NCBI GenBank assembly: GCA_030606265.1
Contig: JAUWGT010000001.1
Coordinates: 1-49,405, forward strand
Origin: Candidatus Stahliibacteriota bacterium
GTDB lineage: Bacteria; Hydrothermota; Tepidihabitantia; SM23-42
Reading direction: 5' to 3'
Length of the DNA stretch: 49,405 nt
The translations under genes were made by a program, and so were the position numbers. Shown here in pieces: positions 16,219 through 24,966 of this stretch. Below the pieces are notes generated by a model. It saw only the letters and a program-made list of their open reading frames with translations. It was not told the DNA's origin and did no database searches. Position 1 is the stretch's first letter; each line of letters starts with the position of its first letter.

Positions 16219-18973
16219 TCTTCACCCCGCAAAGGTGGGTAAAAACGCAGTGTGTGCATGACTTCTTCACAGGAGTCTGCTCAAATGCAACATCTGGTGA
16301 CAAAAGCTCCTCGATCGTCGGTCGCAATATCTTCGCCTTAAAATCTTCCAGGTATCTAACAACATCACCATGCTCTACGATTTCGGTGATTCTTACATCC
16401 CCCGATATTCCGTAATATGCCAGACCGCCAATCTTTGCAAAATCACCTTCAGCAAAAATCATACCATACAATGGCAACTGAAATTCAACGAAGTCATCGC
16501 CCAATTCGTATTTCTTCCTTAATGGTATAGTTGATTTATAATCAAGAACATAATGTCGGTTATCCCGAATTTCAATTCGGTCAGGATACCCATATAGCCT
16601 TACCTTAACATTGTTTATTTGCAGAAAACACTTTACCTGCTTCTCAATTTCACTGGTGACCACTCGGTATCCTGATTTCGACCTTTCGATTTCTTTCTTC
16701 AGGAATCTGTTCATTCGCTTCTTATATATTTCAAGATCCAAGAAGTTTATCATCTTTGGACGCATTGCCAATTCACCCGTCAACGCCTTGCTCAACCTTT
16801 GATGCAGTTTTGGCTGCATTACTGTTATGTCTTCTTCTACCAGACCACCCGGGACATCATATTTGTAAAAATCCCGGAGCGCAACGTGCATAATCCTCCC
16901 CCATTCCATAGCCCCAGCTTCCTCAACGATAGTGCCGGGTTCTTTTATGCCAAGCACGTACATCAAGTAAAAACGGTATGGACACTCCCGATAGTCTTTG
17001 AGGTTAGTCGGACTAAGCCCACGTGTTGCTAGTTTGGGGATGAGTATCTTAAAGAGATCGCTGCTTTTCTTTACTGAACGTCTTTGTGTACTACGTGTCG
17101 GGTTGCTCAACGCTACTGTAGCATCGCTAAGCACTGCTCCTTCATCAATCTGAAAATCGATAAAGCGCGAACGGATATCTCTTTTCTTCTCTTCAATATA
17201 TGTAATAAACACTTCTTTTTTGGCATTAAGCATCTCCGTGAAATAGTAGTGAAAGAGGCTTTCCCGTTCTTTATCATAAGGAAGACCAATCTCCTTACGT
17301 ACCTGCTGATTCACGAATAGATCTTTTTCACTCCGCCTGGGGAAAACCCCTTCGTTCATCGAAGGAATGATGATGCAGTCAAAATCCAGGTTCCTTGCTT
17401 CAAGCAAACCGATCACCTGAACACCTTTCATAGGGTCACCCCTGGTTCTAAACGACGCATCCTTTAGGACATCAAGAATAAACCGCAACATCTTGATGCC
17501 TGGCTCAATATAATCACCAGCGATACGTAATTTGGCCAAGTCATTTAAACTATCCGAGAAATCGATGATACCACGAGAAGCAGTCTTCATGAGTTCTTTG
17601 TTATAGAGAAGCACATCATTCAGCATCTTAAGTAAATCCAGAATATACTGATTTAGCGATGTCGTGCATTTTACTGTATCAAAACAGTTTTCCAATAACC
17701 CGGTAAGTTTTTCGATTGTACTACCTGGGTGATCTTTGACATTAAAATAATTCAAGCGGTTCTTGATCATTGTTTCCTGCAGTGTGTAGACTGAAGATCG
17801 CACTGCATTCTCCTCAATTACCGCGTTCTTGACTAATGGGTGTTTGATGAAAATAAAAAATTCCTTATAATGAAAACCGCTCTCAACAACATTCAATAAC
17901 TGCTCGAGAAAAGTATAGAGCGGTGATTGAGTCATCGACAACCCCGTCGATAAATTAAACTCAAGACCTGAGGACTTCATGATACTGATCATTGGGAACA
18001 CATTTCTTTCATCGGTCAGGATAACTGCGATACGGTGGGGTTCATAGCGACTCCGTATTTTGCGGAAAATTTCTTTTAGATGGAGCGTCTGTTGTGACAT
18101 AGATTCGGTCCGCGCAATATGGATTACTGGCGGCTCATATTTCTCATGACCTATGATCGTAATGTTATCGTACTTTTTTACACCAATCCTTTTCAACATC
18201 TTAACGTGTAAGTAAAAGGGGCTGGTCGGATCATTCGCTTGTATCAGACGTTTCGAGCTCGAATGGAGAATCAATTCGGCGTTCAGGTCCTGTAAAATCA
18301 TCTGGATCAATAAAGTTTCCAGATGTGTCGTCGCTACAAAACCGGCTATGAGAATATGTTTGAAAGGCTGTAGCAAATCGGGGGTGAACCGGCTGAGAAT
18401 AAGATTTGACTTATCAATATTGTCTTGATAACCCAAATTAACAAGACTTCTTCGGTATTCGTCAAAAATATTTCTTATTATCGTGAGTTCATGCTTGATA
18501 AACCTTTCAGGATAGTGCCCCATGCGCACAAGTTCAACCACCTGCTCGAGGCTTATACCTTCCCTTGATAATTCATCGTACAAATGAAGCAACCGTTTGC
18601 CGATCGCCACGAATTTCAAAAAAGGCAAATCGTGCCAATATTCAACCCTTAGTGATTCTACCACCTTTCTCAGAATAAAATTTCGTTCAACCCCATTGAG
18701 CATCAATCCTTTTTTACCCCCCAGGTCATCGTAGATTTTGTCAACCAGTTCTGCTATTGTTCTCATAGTTGGCGGCACCAACCCGGAGGCTTTTGAAACC
18801 TCAAGCAGGTTCCTCCGAAAATACAACTTGTTGCGCTGGGTTGGAAAGACAACTAGAATATTTGAAAAATTAGGGAAATCAGGATGAAATTGCTCGTAGA
18901 AGTATTGCGCCAGCACACGGAGAAATGGTTGTTCAATCGGGATGATCTTCACTTTACTATACAGGGAGGTCAT
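16211..18973 (-). CDS. addB: AddB/RexB-like helicase-nuclease subunit (degenerate helicase, PD-(D/E)XK nuclease with Fe-S cysteines)
   Basis: 920 aa with an 8-nt overlap with addA. No Walker A at the N-terminus. Nuclease motif PDRIEI...VLDYKS. Cysteine pattern C(PYRF)...C-x2-C-x5-C (CTHCVFTHLC) matches the AddB iron-sulfur staple. Confidence 0.8.
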   Translation of the reverse strand: MTSLYSKVKIIPIEQPFLRVLAQYFYEQFHPDFPNFSNILVVFPTQRNKLYFRRNLLEVSKASGLVPPTMRTIAELVDKIYDDLGGKKGLMLNGVERNFILRKVVESLRVEYWHDLPFLKFVAIGKRLLHLYDELSREGISLEQVVELVRMGHYPERFIKHELTIIRNIFDEYRRSLVNLGYQDNIDKSNLILSRFTPDLLQPFKHILIAGFVATTHLETLLIQMILQDLNAELILHSSSKRLIQANDPTSPFYLHVKMLKRIGVKKYDNITIIGHEKYEPPVIHIARTESMSQQTLHLKEIFRKIRSRYEPHRIAVILTDERNVFPMISIMKSSGLEFNLSTGLSMTQSPLYTFLEQLLNVVESGFHYKEFFIFIKHPLVKNAVIEENAVRSSVYTLQETMIKNRLNYFNVKDHPGSTIEKLTGLLENCFDTVKCTTSLNQYILDLLKMLNDVLLYNKELMKTASRGIIDFSDSLNDLAKLRIAGDYIEPGIKMLRFILDVLKDASFRTRGDPMKGVQVIGLLEARNLDFDCIIIPSMNEGVFPRRSEKDLFVNQQVRKEIGLPYDKERESLFHYYFTEMLNAKKEVFITYIEEKKRDIRSRFIDFQIDEGAVLSDATVALSNPTRSTQRRSVKKSSDLFKILIPKLATRGLSPTNLKDYRECPYRFYLMYVLGIKEPGTIVEEAGAMEWGRIMHVALRDFYKYDVPGGLVEEDITVMQPKLHQRLSKALTGELAMRPKMINFLDLEIYKKRMNRFLKKEIERSKSGYRVVTSEIEKQVKCFLQINNVKVRLYGYPDRIEIRDNRHYVLDYKSTIPLRKKYELGDDFVEFQLPLYGMIFAEGDFAKIGGLAYYGISGDVRITEIVEHGDVVRYLEDFKAKILRPTIEELLSPDVAFEQTPVKKSCTHCVFTHLCGVKSA

Positions 18974-18979
18974 ACCTTT

Positions 18980-19007
18980 ATTATAGATAACCGTAGCAAA
19001 AAGTCAA
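18980..19007 (-). promoter_or_regulatory. sigma-70 promoter abutting the addB start (leaderless geometry)
   Basis: Minus strand: TTGACT (19007-19002), 16 nt, TATAAT (18985-18980), then 6 nt (AAAGGT) to the ATG at 18973. Confidence 0.6.
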
Positions 19008-19029
19008 ACTATATTGAGGGAAGTTCCCG

Positions 19030-19460
19030 ATTCACCCCGTTAGAACTAAATATCCGTATGTTCTAACGGGGCAAGGCTCGCCTGTCTCGAACAAGGTAAG
19101 AGGAACAGTAAAAATAGTAAGCACTAACTGAGTATTGGAGACAAGAGGTATGGCTGCTTCGCAGCGGTAGAGAGCCCTACGGGCGGTTTAGGCTACTTCG
19201 TAGCGGTTGTGAGCGCTGCGCACTGTTTCTAAATTTCTAACGCTTTAAACGTTATTAACGACAAAAAATGTAGTCGTCTGATTTATCAGACTGCTCGATG
19301 AATCGAGCAACTACAATTGAGTTCTCCCGCACACAGCACACGGGATGCTCATTGCTGCAATCACACTAAAACTGTGAGCAGCATTGGCATCGACAAGCTC
19401 GCCTGTCTCGAACAAGGTGAGAGGAACAGTAATTCTTTACTCTTCGAGTAAGTCCGCACT
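19030..19460. repeat. intergenic mosaic of repeat modules (C hairpin, F, E, A, long unit shared with 44424-44617)
   Basis: Hairpin ccccgttagaac-13 nt-gttctaacgggg at 19035-19071. caagctcgcctgtctcgaacaaggt[ag]agaggaacagtaa occurs twice (19070-19112, 19393-19432). Module A lies at 19269-19316. Confidence 0.85.
19281..19452. repeat. about 170-bp repeat copy; inverted partner at 44424-44617
   Basis: The reverse complement of 44424-44617 aligns almost base-for-base. For example, gagttctcccgcacacagcacacgggatg[c/t]tcattgctgcaatcacactaaaactgtgagcagcattggcatc matches, apart from a 24-nt insertion in the 44.5-kb copy. Confidence 0.85.
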
Positions 19461-19532
19461 TATGCAAAAGTGCGGGCGCATCGAGAAGTTCCTTTCTAAA
19501 AAACCGATTTTCGAGATCTTCAGAATAATAAC

Positions 19533-19560
19533 TTGACACCATCAGAAAAAACAGTATTCT
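19533..19560 (+). promoter_or_regulatory. sigma-70 promoter close to the start of the 7TM-HD-GYP gene
   Basis: TTGACA (19533-19538), 16 nt, TATTCT (19555-19560), then 9 nt to the ATG at 19570. No SD. Confidence 0.5.
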
Positions 19561-19569
19561 TTGTTGATT

Positions 19570-20859
19570 ATGTTCTTTAACGAAATCACCTTAATCTTCG
19601 CATCTTCCGTTACACTCCTGACTATATGTCTTGCTTGTCTATATTTTAAGAACCGCGACAATGAAAACTTCCTTTATGCAGTCCTTTTCTTTGTATGCTG
19701 CTCCCTGGCGTTATACAGTGAATACCACATTGAACTGAACTCAGGACATGCTCAGGCGATCTTCTGGAGTAAAATAAGCTATATTGCCATCTTTGGCTTC
19801 ATTTACACGTTTCCCGCATTTACCGCGATCCTTACAGGAAAAGCTCTCCGTAAAAGAACCAAGAACCTTCTTGGAATCATCACACTTGTTTGCTTTGCGT
19901 TTATCGGTTTAACTGACCTTATCGCCTCAAATCAACCGGTTACATATCTAAATGTCTTGCAGGTAGAAATTGGAACCCTCTTTCCTCTATTCATAGCTCT
20001 ACTTCTGATAATAACTTGTGGTTATTATGTAAAAGCTGTGCTAATGAGAAAATCCCTACCTGAGCAATCAAGGCAGACTCCACTCATCATCGGTGTGGCT
20101 CTTGGATTCTTACTCTCATCTTTAGATGCCGCTGGAGTATTCATAGGCAGACCGCTTATCCCTGGATTTAGGAGTCCGTATATCTTAGGTCTTTACATTG
20201 TCGCAGTTTCCTTTGCCTGGGTATTTCTATCCCGATACTCCTGGGTATTTACCAGTTTGACGAAAACACGCCAAGAGGTTGAAAGGCTGACCGCCAAATC
20301 AACTCGCGACTTTGTGGAATTTGTGCAACTTATTGCTAAAACATTGGACGCTAAGGACCACTATACGGCTGGGCATTCTCTGCGCGTAATGGATTATGCA
20401 GTTAGAATCGCCAATACCTTAGATATCCCTGAGCACGAAATAGAACTGCTCAAGCAGGCTTGTTTACTCCATGATATCGGAAAGATGAGTATACCTGACG
20501 GCATATTGAACAAAAAGAAACCACTGAGCAAAAAAGAACGCGAGTACATCCTCAGTCACCCGGTAGTCGGCAAGAAGATATTAAGTACGGTCAGTGAATT
20601 CAAAGGAATACTTGACATCATTTATGCTCACCATGAAAGGGTCGATGGTAAGGGCTATCCAGATGGTCTGGTAAAAGATGGGATCCCCTTGTTAGCGAGG
20701 ATACTCGCCGTTGCTGACACATATGATGCAATGCGGTCAGAAAGACCGTATCGTAAGGCAAAAAATAAAGAATGCGCACTCGACGAATTAAATAAAATAA
20801 AGGGTTCTCAACTCGATGAAGAAATCGTCGATAAATTTATTGCATCTTTAGCACAATAA
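19570..20859 (+). CDS. polytopic-membrane HD-GYP domain protein (probable c-di-GMP phosphodiesterase with an integral-membrane sensor)
   Basis: About 7 predicted TM helices in the first 230 aa. HD-GYP motifs HSLRVM, LLHDIGK and HHERVDGKGYPDG. The track starts at TTG 19561; ATG 19570 is preferred from promoter geometry. Confidence 0.85.
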   Translation: MFFNEITLIFASSVTLLTICLACLYFKNRDNENFLYAVLFFVCCSLALYSEYHIELNSGHAQAIFWSKISYIAIFGFIYTFPAFTAILTGKALRKRTKNLLGIITLVCFAFIGLTDLIASNQPVTYLNVLQVEIGTLFPLFIALLLIITCGYYVKAVLMRKSLPEQSRQTPLIIGVALGFLLSSLDAAGVFIGRPLIPGFRSPYILGLYIVAVSFAWVFLSRYSWVFTSLTKTRQEVERLTAKSTRDFVEFVQLIAKTLDAKDHYTAGHSLRVMDYAVRIANTLDIPEHEIELLKQACLLHDIGKMSIPDGILNKKKPLSKKEREYILSHPVVGKKILSTVSEFKGILDIIYAHHERVDGKGYPDGLVKDGIPLLARILAVADTYDAMRSERPYRKAKNKECALDELNKIKGSQLDEEIVDKFIASLAQ

Positions 20860-20905
20860 AACACTGACTTCTTCAAATCTATTTTTACTGTCAAGCCGTG
20901 TATTA

Positions 20906-21070
20906 TTAGTCTTTAAACGGACTTTTTTCTTCTGCTTCTGCTTCTTCTTTCTTCTCTTTTTGATGTTGCTGGATCAATGCTTCCCTTGATTTCCTTTCTT
21001 TCTTCTGAAGCAACACCGATACTAACCATATTATAATGACTATTGCTAAAGCAATTAAAATCCATTTCAT
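20906..21070 (-). CDS. small single-pass membrane protein (54 aa), not in the ORF track (<60 aa)
   Basis: GGAGG lies 7 nt upstream of the ATG at 21070. Product MKWILIALAIVIIIWLVSVLLQKKERKSREALIQQHQKEKKEEAEAEEKSPFKD: one TM helix plus a charged tail. It has its own promoter at 21106-21133. Confidence 0.45.
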   Translation of the reverse strand: MKWILIALAIVIIIWLVSVLLQKKERKSREALIQQHQKEKKEEAEAEEKSPFKD

Positions 21071-21105
21071 GAAAAAACCTCCATTCTTATGCTCTTCTTA
21101 TAACA

Positions 21106-21133
21106 ATAATATTTATTTTCTTATCTCTGTCAA
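21106..21133 (-). promoter_or_regulatory. sigma-70 promoter for the 54-aa ORF (normal leader with SD)
   Basis: Minus strand: TTGACA (21133-21128), 16 nt, TATTAT (21111-21106), with a 35-nt leader containing GGAGG. Confidence 0.5.
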
Positions 21134-21251
21134 GTATAATCGCGACCGTAGGAAAAGATGAACTTAAGAAGTTACGAGGTTAAGAAGTTCAGACGTTCTG
21201 AGCCTCACATCTTCAAAACTTCGAAATACGCTATAAGTTTTGGGTAATTTA

Positions 21252-21279
21252 TTGACTTAAACTGGAAATCCCTTATAAT
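21252..21279 (+). promoter_or_regulatory. sigma-70 promoter upstream of tRNA-Arg
   Basis: TTGACT (21252-21257), 16 nt, TATAAT (21274-21279), about 138 nt upstream of the tRNA. Confidence 0.5.
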
Positions 21280-21309
21280 ACACAGAACAGATACTAGACC
21301 AGATAGATA

Positions 21310-21365
21310 CTGGATACTAGATATTAGATGCTAGATTCTGGATACTAGATATTAGATGTTAGATT
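21310..21365. repeat. 28-bp tandem direct repeat, two copies
   Basis: ctggatactagatattagatgctagatt / ctggatactagatattagatgttagatt, preceded by related agatac/agatag words. Confidence 0.85.
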
Positions 21366-21416
21366 CTAGAAAAAAAATTGGAGAAACTGGCGGGGGGATT
21401 CGGGGTCTCCACCTTT

Positions 21417-21490
21417 GCGCCCGTAGTTCAATTGGATAGAACGGCGGATTCCGGTTCCGCAGGTTGCGCGTTCAAGTCGCGCCGGGCGTA
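21417..21490 (+). tRNA. tRNA-Arg (anticodon CCG)
   Basis: Manual cloverleaf. Acceptor GCGCCCG/CGGGCGT (G1-U72). D stem GTTC/GAAC. Anticodon stem GCGGA/TCCGC with loop TTCCGGT. 5-nt variable loop. T arm GCGCG-TTCAAGT-CGCGC. Discriminator A. CCA not encoded. Confidence 0.85.
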
Positions 21491-21566
21491 TGCGAATTTT
21501 ACTCGCATCTGTTTTGTGATGCGATTGTAAAATTCAGCATCCCGAAGGGATGAAAGGAGTAAAGCA

Positions 21567-22082
21567 ATGGATTTTTATGAGGTAATCAAGAAAAGAAAGA
21601 GTATTAGAAAGTATAAATCAGATCCAATACCTGATGAGGTAGTAAATAAAATCCTCGAGGCAGGTCGCATTGCACCTTCAGCTAAGAATATACAACCATG
21701 GCGCTTCATAGTTATAAAAAACCCAGATATCAAGAAAAAAATAGCTGAAGCATGCCGTGGTCAACTTTGGATCGCTGACGCGGACCTAATACTTGTCGGT
21801 TGTATACTTGAGAAAATCGCCTGGGGACGTATGGGTGGTTATATGAGTTCAGGTCCGGTTGACCTGGGAATTGCTATTGACCATATGATTCTTGCCGCTG
21901 CCAACGAAGGCTTAGGTACGTGCTGGATCGGTGCGTTCGTTGAACAAGATGTTAAGGACATTCTGCAGGTTCCTGAAGATGTAAAAGTAATGGCACTCAC
22001 GCCAATTGGCTATCCAGCAGAAGAACCAAAAGACCGCGGCAGAAAAGACCAGAAGGAAATAGTATCGTACGACCGATACTGA
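21567..22082 (+). CDS. nitroreductase family protein
   Basis: 171 aa with SD aaaggag. N-terminus MDFYEVIKKRKSIRKY...D and the later blocks APSAKNIQPWRFIVI and GLGTCWIG are characteristic of the family. Confidence 0.85.
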   Translation: MDFYEVIKKRKSIRKYKSDPIPDEVVNKILEAGRIAPSAKNIQPWRFIVIKNPDIKKKIAEACRGQLWIADADLILVGCILEKIAWGRMGGYMSSGPVDLGIAIDHMILAAANEGLGTCWIGAFVEQDVKDILQVPEDVKVMALTPIGYPAEEPKDRGRKDQKEIVSYDRY

Positions 22083-22220
22083 TTTGCACGCAAAAGCTGA
22101 AGACACACTTCGTTGGAGTCACATCCGGTTTGGCGGATTGAAGTCACGCTGACGCTGAAGAAACAAGCGTACAGCGTCTTCAAAACACTGAGCACTATGC
22201 TCTTTGCTCTATGCGAATTT

Positions 22221-22991
22221 CTAAAAATTGTAGCGTACTATTGATTTTGCCTGACCAGAATTTACATCAAAATCAATGATTACACAATTGGCGACAATAT
22301 TGTCCTTTGCAACCTTGAATTTGCGGGGAGTAGAAAACAAAAAGTGATCTATGACTTCTTCTTTCTTGACACCGATCACTGAATCTTGTGCTCCAACCAT
22401 ACCGACATCAGTGATATACGCAGTCCGGTCATTAATGATCTGTTCATCAGCTGTCTGCACATGCGTATGGGTTCCGAGACAGGCAGTAACGTAGTCGGAT
22501 AGATATAATCCCAGCGCCCTTTTCTCACTTGTTACCTCGGCATGGAAATCAACAAATATGTTACAAGTTTCCTTACGCATCGCCTCAGCAATGCTTTGAC
22601 CTACCTTGAAAGGATCTCTCTTTGACGACATAAATACTCGCCCTTCTAAATTTACTACGCCAATCTTAATAGCCTGTTTTTCGTAGACTGCAAATCCCAA
22701 ACCGGGTACGCCTTCAGGATAGTTAGCTGGACGCAAAACACGCTTCTCCTGCTTGAGGTAATCATAAATGGCGTTGTGTTTCCAAACATGATTACCAGTA
22801 GTAATACAATCAATCCCAACTTTAAATAGTTGTTTGGCTGTTTCTCCGGTAATACCAATCCCACCTGCTATATTTTCGCCTTGAGCAATAGAGAAGAAAA
22901 TATCTTCTTTCTTCAGTAATTCTGGAAGGTTTGCACAAACCTTGGTTCTACCTGGACTACCGACAATGTCTCCAATAAATAGTAACTTCAT
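22221..22991 (-). CDS. ymdB: YmdB-like metallophosphoesterase (TIGR00282-type 2',3'-cyclic-nucleotide phosphodiesterase family)
   Basis: MKLLFIGDIVGSPGR start at 22991. The track's extra 14 N-terminal residues are encoded by the tandem repeat. Motifs GENIAGG, GNHVW, DFHAE and GTHTHVQTAD are present. Confidence 0.85.
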   Translation of the reverse strand: MKLLFIGDIVGSPGRTKVCANLPELLKKEDIFFSIAQGENIAGGIGITGETAKQLFKVGIDCITTGNHVWKHNAIYDYLKQEKRVLRPANYPEGVPGLGFAVYEKQAIKIGVVNLEGRVFMSSKRDPFKVGQSIAEAMRKETCNIFVDFHAEVTSEKRALGLYLSDYVTACLGTHTHVQTADEQIINDRTAYITDVGMVGAQDSVIGVKKEEVIDHFLFSTPRKFKVAKDNIVANCVIIDFDVNSGQAKSIVRYNF

Positions 22992-23103
22992 AACACAGAT
23001 TTCACAGATGAAGATATAACATAAATTACACAAATAAAAGACACCGATAACACAGATTTCACAGATGAAAATATAACACGAATTACACAGACAAAAGACA
23101 CAG
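22990..23103. repeat. 57-bp tandem duplication (two copies) between gcvPA and the ymdB-like gene
   Basis: ataacacagatttcacagatgaagatataacataaattacacaaataaaagacaccg followed by ataacacagatttcacagatgaaaatataacacgaattacacagacaaaagacacag. Confidence 0.85.
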
Positions 23104-23151
23104 ACAAAAAATGTAGATAATACTGATTAAACATAATGGAAGGCAATAATA

Positions 23152-24495
23152 TCACAGAATCGTGGAAAGGATATCAATATATTCATCTATCTCGCTCTTA
23201 CTTCTTTTTTCGGTAACCGAAACTAAAAACTGATTTTTTAGCTGCTTATCGAAAATTGACAAAGGTACACCACCGAATATCTTGTACTGAAGAAGAGAAT
23301 CTAATATTTGATTGGCTGGTTTATCGGTTTCGACGACGAATTCTTTAAAAAACTCTTGGTCAAACCATGGTTTAATGCCTTTCAGTTCCTTTATTTTGTT
23401 GAATAAGTAGTGACTTTTTGCTAAGCATAAGTTGCCAATATCAATAATACCCTGCTTACCGAGGCTACATAAATATATTAAAGAACTCAATGCACATAAT
23501 GCCTCGTTTGTACAGATATTAGAAGTCGCCTTTTCCCGACGGATATGCTGCTCACGCGTCTGCAAAGTCAAAACATAACCACGTTTACCATCGACATCGG
23601 TTGTCTCACCAACAATGCGACCTGGCAATGATCGTACATATTTCCGTCGGGAAGCAAAAATTCCTAAGAGAGGACCGCCAAACCCCTGTGCAATCCCCAA
23701 TGCCTGACCTTCACCAACCACGATATCAGCATTGTACTCACCAGGCGGTGCTATGACACCTAAAGAAATAGGATCGACAACGGCAATCAACAGCCCTCCA
23801 CGTTTGTGCACAATCTGTTCTATCTCTGCTACGTTTTCAAGAAAACCATAGAAATTGGGTTGTTGAATACAAACACAGCTGGTATTATCGTCAATGAGCC
23901 CCTCAAGACTTTTCGTATCGATCAGGCCATTTTTTGAAGGACAAGATACAATCTCCAAATCACATTCTTGCGTATACGTATGTGCTATTCTCTGGTAAAA
24001 TGGATGTACAAGATCAGCAAGTATCACCTTGTTCTTTCTTGTAATAGTACATGCCATATGACATGCTTCAGCTAACCCTGAACCAGCATCATACATTGAA
24101 GCATTGGCGACATCCATGTCCGTAAGTTCGCACACCACGCTTTGATATTCGAATATGCTCTGCAAGGTTCCTTGTGATACCTCTGCCTGATAAGGTGTAT
24201 AAGCTGTGTAGAATTCACTGCGCAATAGCAAGCTGTCGATGATCGCGGGGATGTAGTGATCATAAACACCCGCGCCTAAGAACGAAACATACTCACTGCT
24301 ATTATAGTTCTGACTTGCCAATTCCTTTAAGATTTTTCTAACACCACATTCACTCACCGCGTCGGGCAAACCACATTTGCCTTGGTGTTGCAGATCCTTT
24401 GGGATAATCTGGTCAATCAAATCCGAAAAAGACGATACTCCAAGTTTCGCTAGAATATCTTTTTCGTCCTGGGGGGTAAGTGGTAAATAGTGCAT
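23152..24495 (-). CDS. gcvPA: glycine dehydrogenase (decarboxylating) subunit 1
   Basis: 447 aa with a typical GcvPA N-terminus MHYLPLTPQDEKDIL. The start overlaps the gcvH stop by 1 nt (TAATG). Confidence 0.9.
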   Translation of the reverse strand: MHYLPLTPQDEKDILAKLGVSSFSDLIDQIIPKDLQHQGKCGLPDAVSECGVRKILKELASQNYNSSEYVSFLGAGVYDHYIPAIIDSLLLRSEFYTAYTPYQAEVSQGTLQSIFEYQSVVCELTDMDVANASMYDAGSGLAEACHMACTITRKNKVILADLVHPFYQRIAHTYTQECDLEIVSCPSKNGLIDTKSLEGLIDDNTSCVCIQQPNFYGFLENVAEIEQIVHKRGGLLIAVVDPISLGVIAPPGEYNADIVVGEGQALGIAQGFGGPLLGIFASRRKYVRSLPGRIVGETTDVDGKRGYVLTLQTREQHIRREKATSNICTNEALCALSSLIYLCSLGKQGIIDIGNLCLAKSHYLFNKIKELKGIKPWFDQEFFKEFVVETDKPANQILDSLLQYKIFGGVPLSIFDKQLKNQFLVSVTEKRSKSEIDEYIDILSTIL

Positions 24496-24881
24496 TACTG
24501 TTTTGCTATCAACGCTTTGTATTGTTCCGGGGTTAACAAGGTTTCAACCTGCTTTAGATCATCAACCTTTATTTTGAAAAGCCATCCTTCACCATACGGA
24601 TCTTTGTTGATAATAGAAGGATCATTGACTACTTTTTCATTTATTTCAATGATCTCACCATTGAGACCAGCATATAGATCATTCACAGCTTTAACCGCTT
24701 CTATTGTCCCAACCGGTTCACCTACTTTTACTTTTCTGCCGACTTCTGGTGGTTCGACCATGACAATATCAGATAACTCTGACTGCGCATAATCAGTAAG
24801 ACCTTCAAGTGCCGTTTCACCCTCTATTTTTACCCACTCATGTTCCTTCGTGTATTTCACCCCTTCTATAATGTTTGCCAT
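24495..24881 (-). CDS. gcvH: glycine cleavage system H protein
   Basis: 128 aa. YTKEHEWV and the lipoyl-lysine motif TIEAVKAVNDLY are present. Confidence 0.95.
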   Translation of the reverse strand: MANIIEGVKYTKEHEWVKIEGETALEGLTDYAQSELSDIVMVEPPEVGRKVKVGEPVGTIEAVKAVNDLYAGLNGEIIEINEKVVNDPSIINKDPYGEGWLFKIKVDDLKQVETLLTPEQYKALIAKQ

Positions 24882-24966
24882 CTTACCTCCTTATAGGCCA
24901 AATACCTAAATTCTTGTATAATTCTATTGCCTTCTCGAACTATGTTTCAGCCCGGTTCTGCACCCT

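Noticed and set aside
21270-21370. Possible CRISPR array (also considered for 22990-23103, 35483-35608 and 48768-48975).
   Set aside because: There are only two directly abutting copies, with no unique spacers between repeats and no cas genes in the window. These are simple tandem duplications.
22083-22220. Possible terminator or structured element after the nitroreductase gene (gacgctg...cagcgtc).
   Set aside because: The stem is only 7 bp with a 14-nt loop and no clean U-tract, which is not enough to call.
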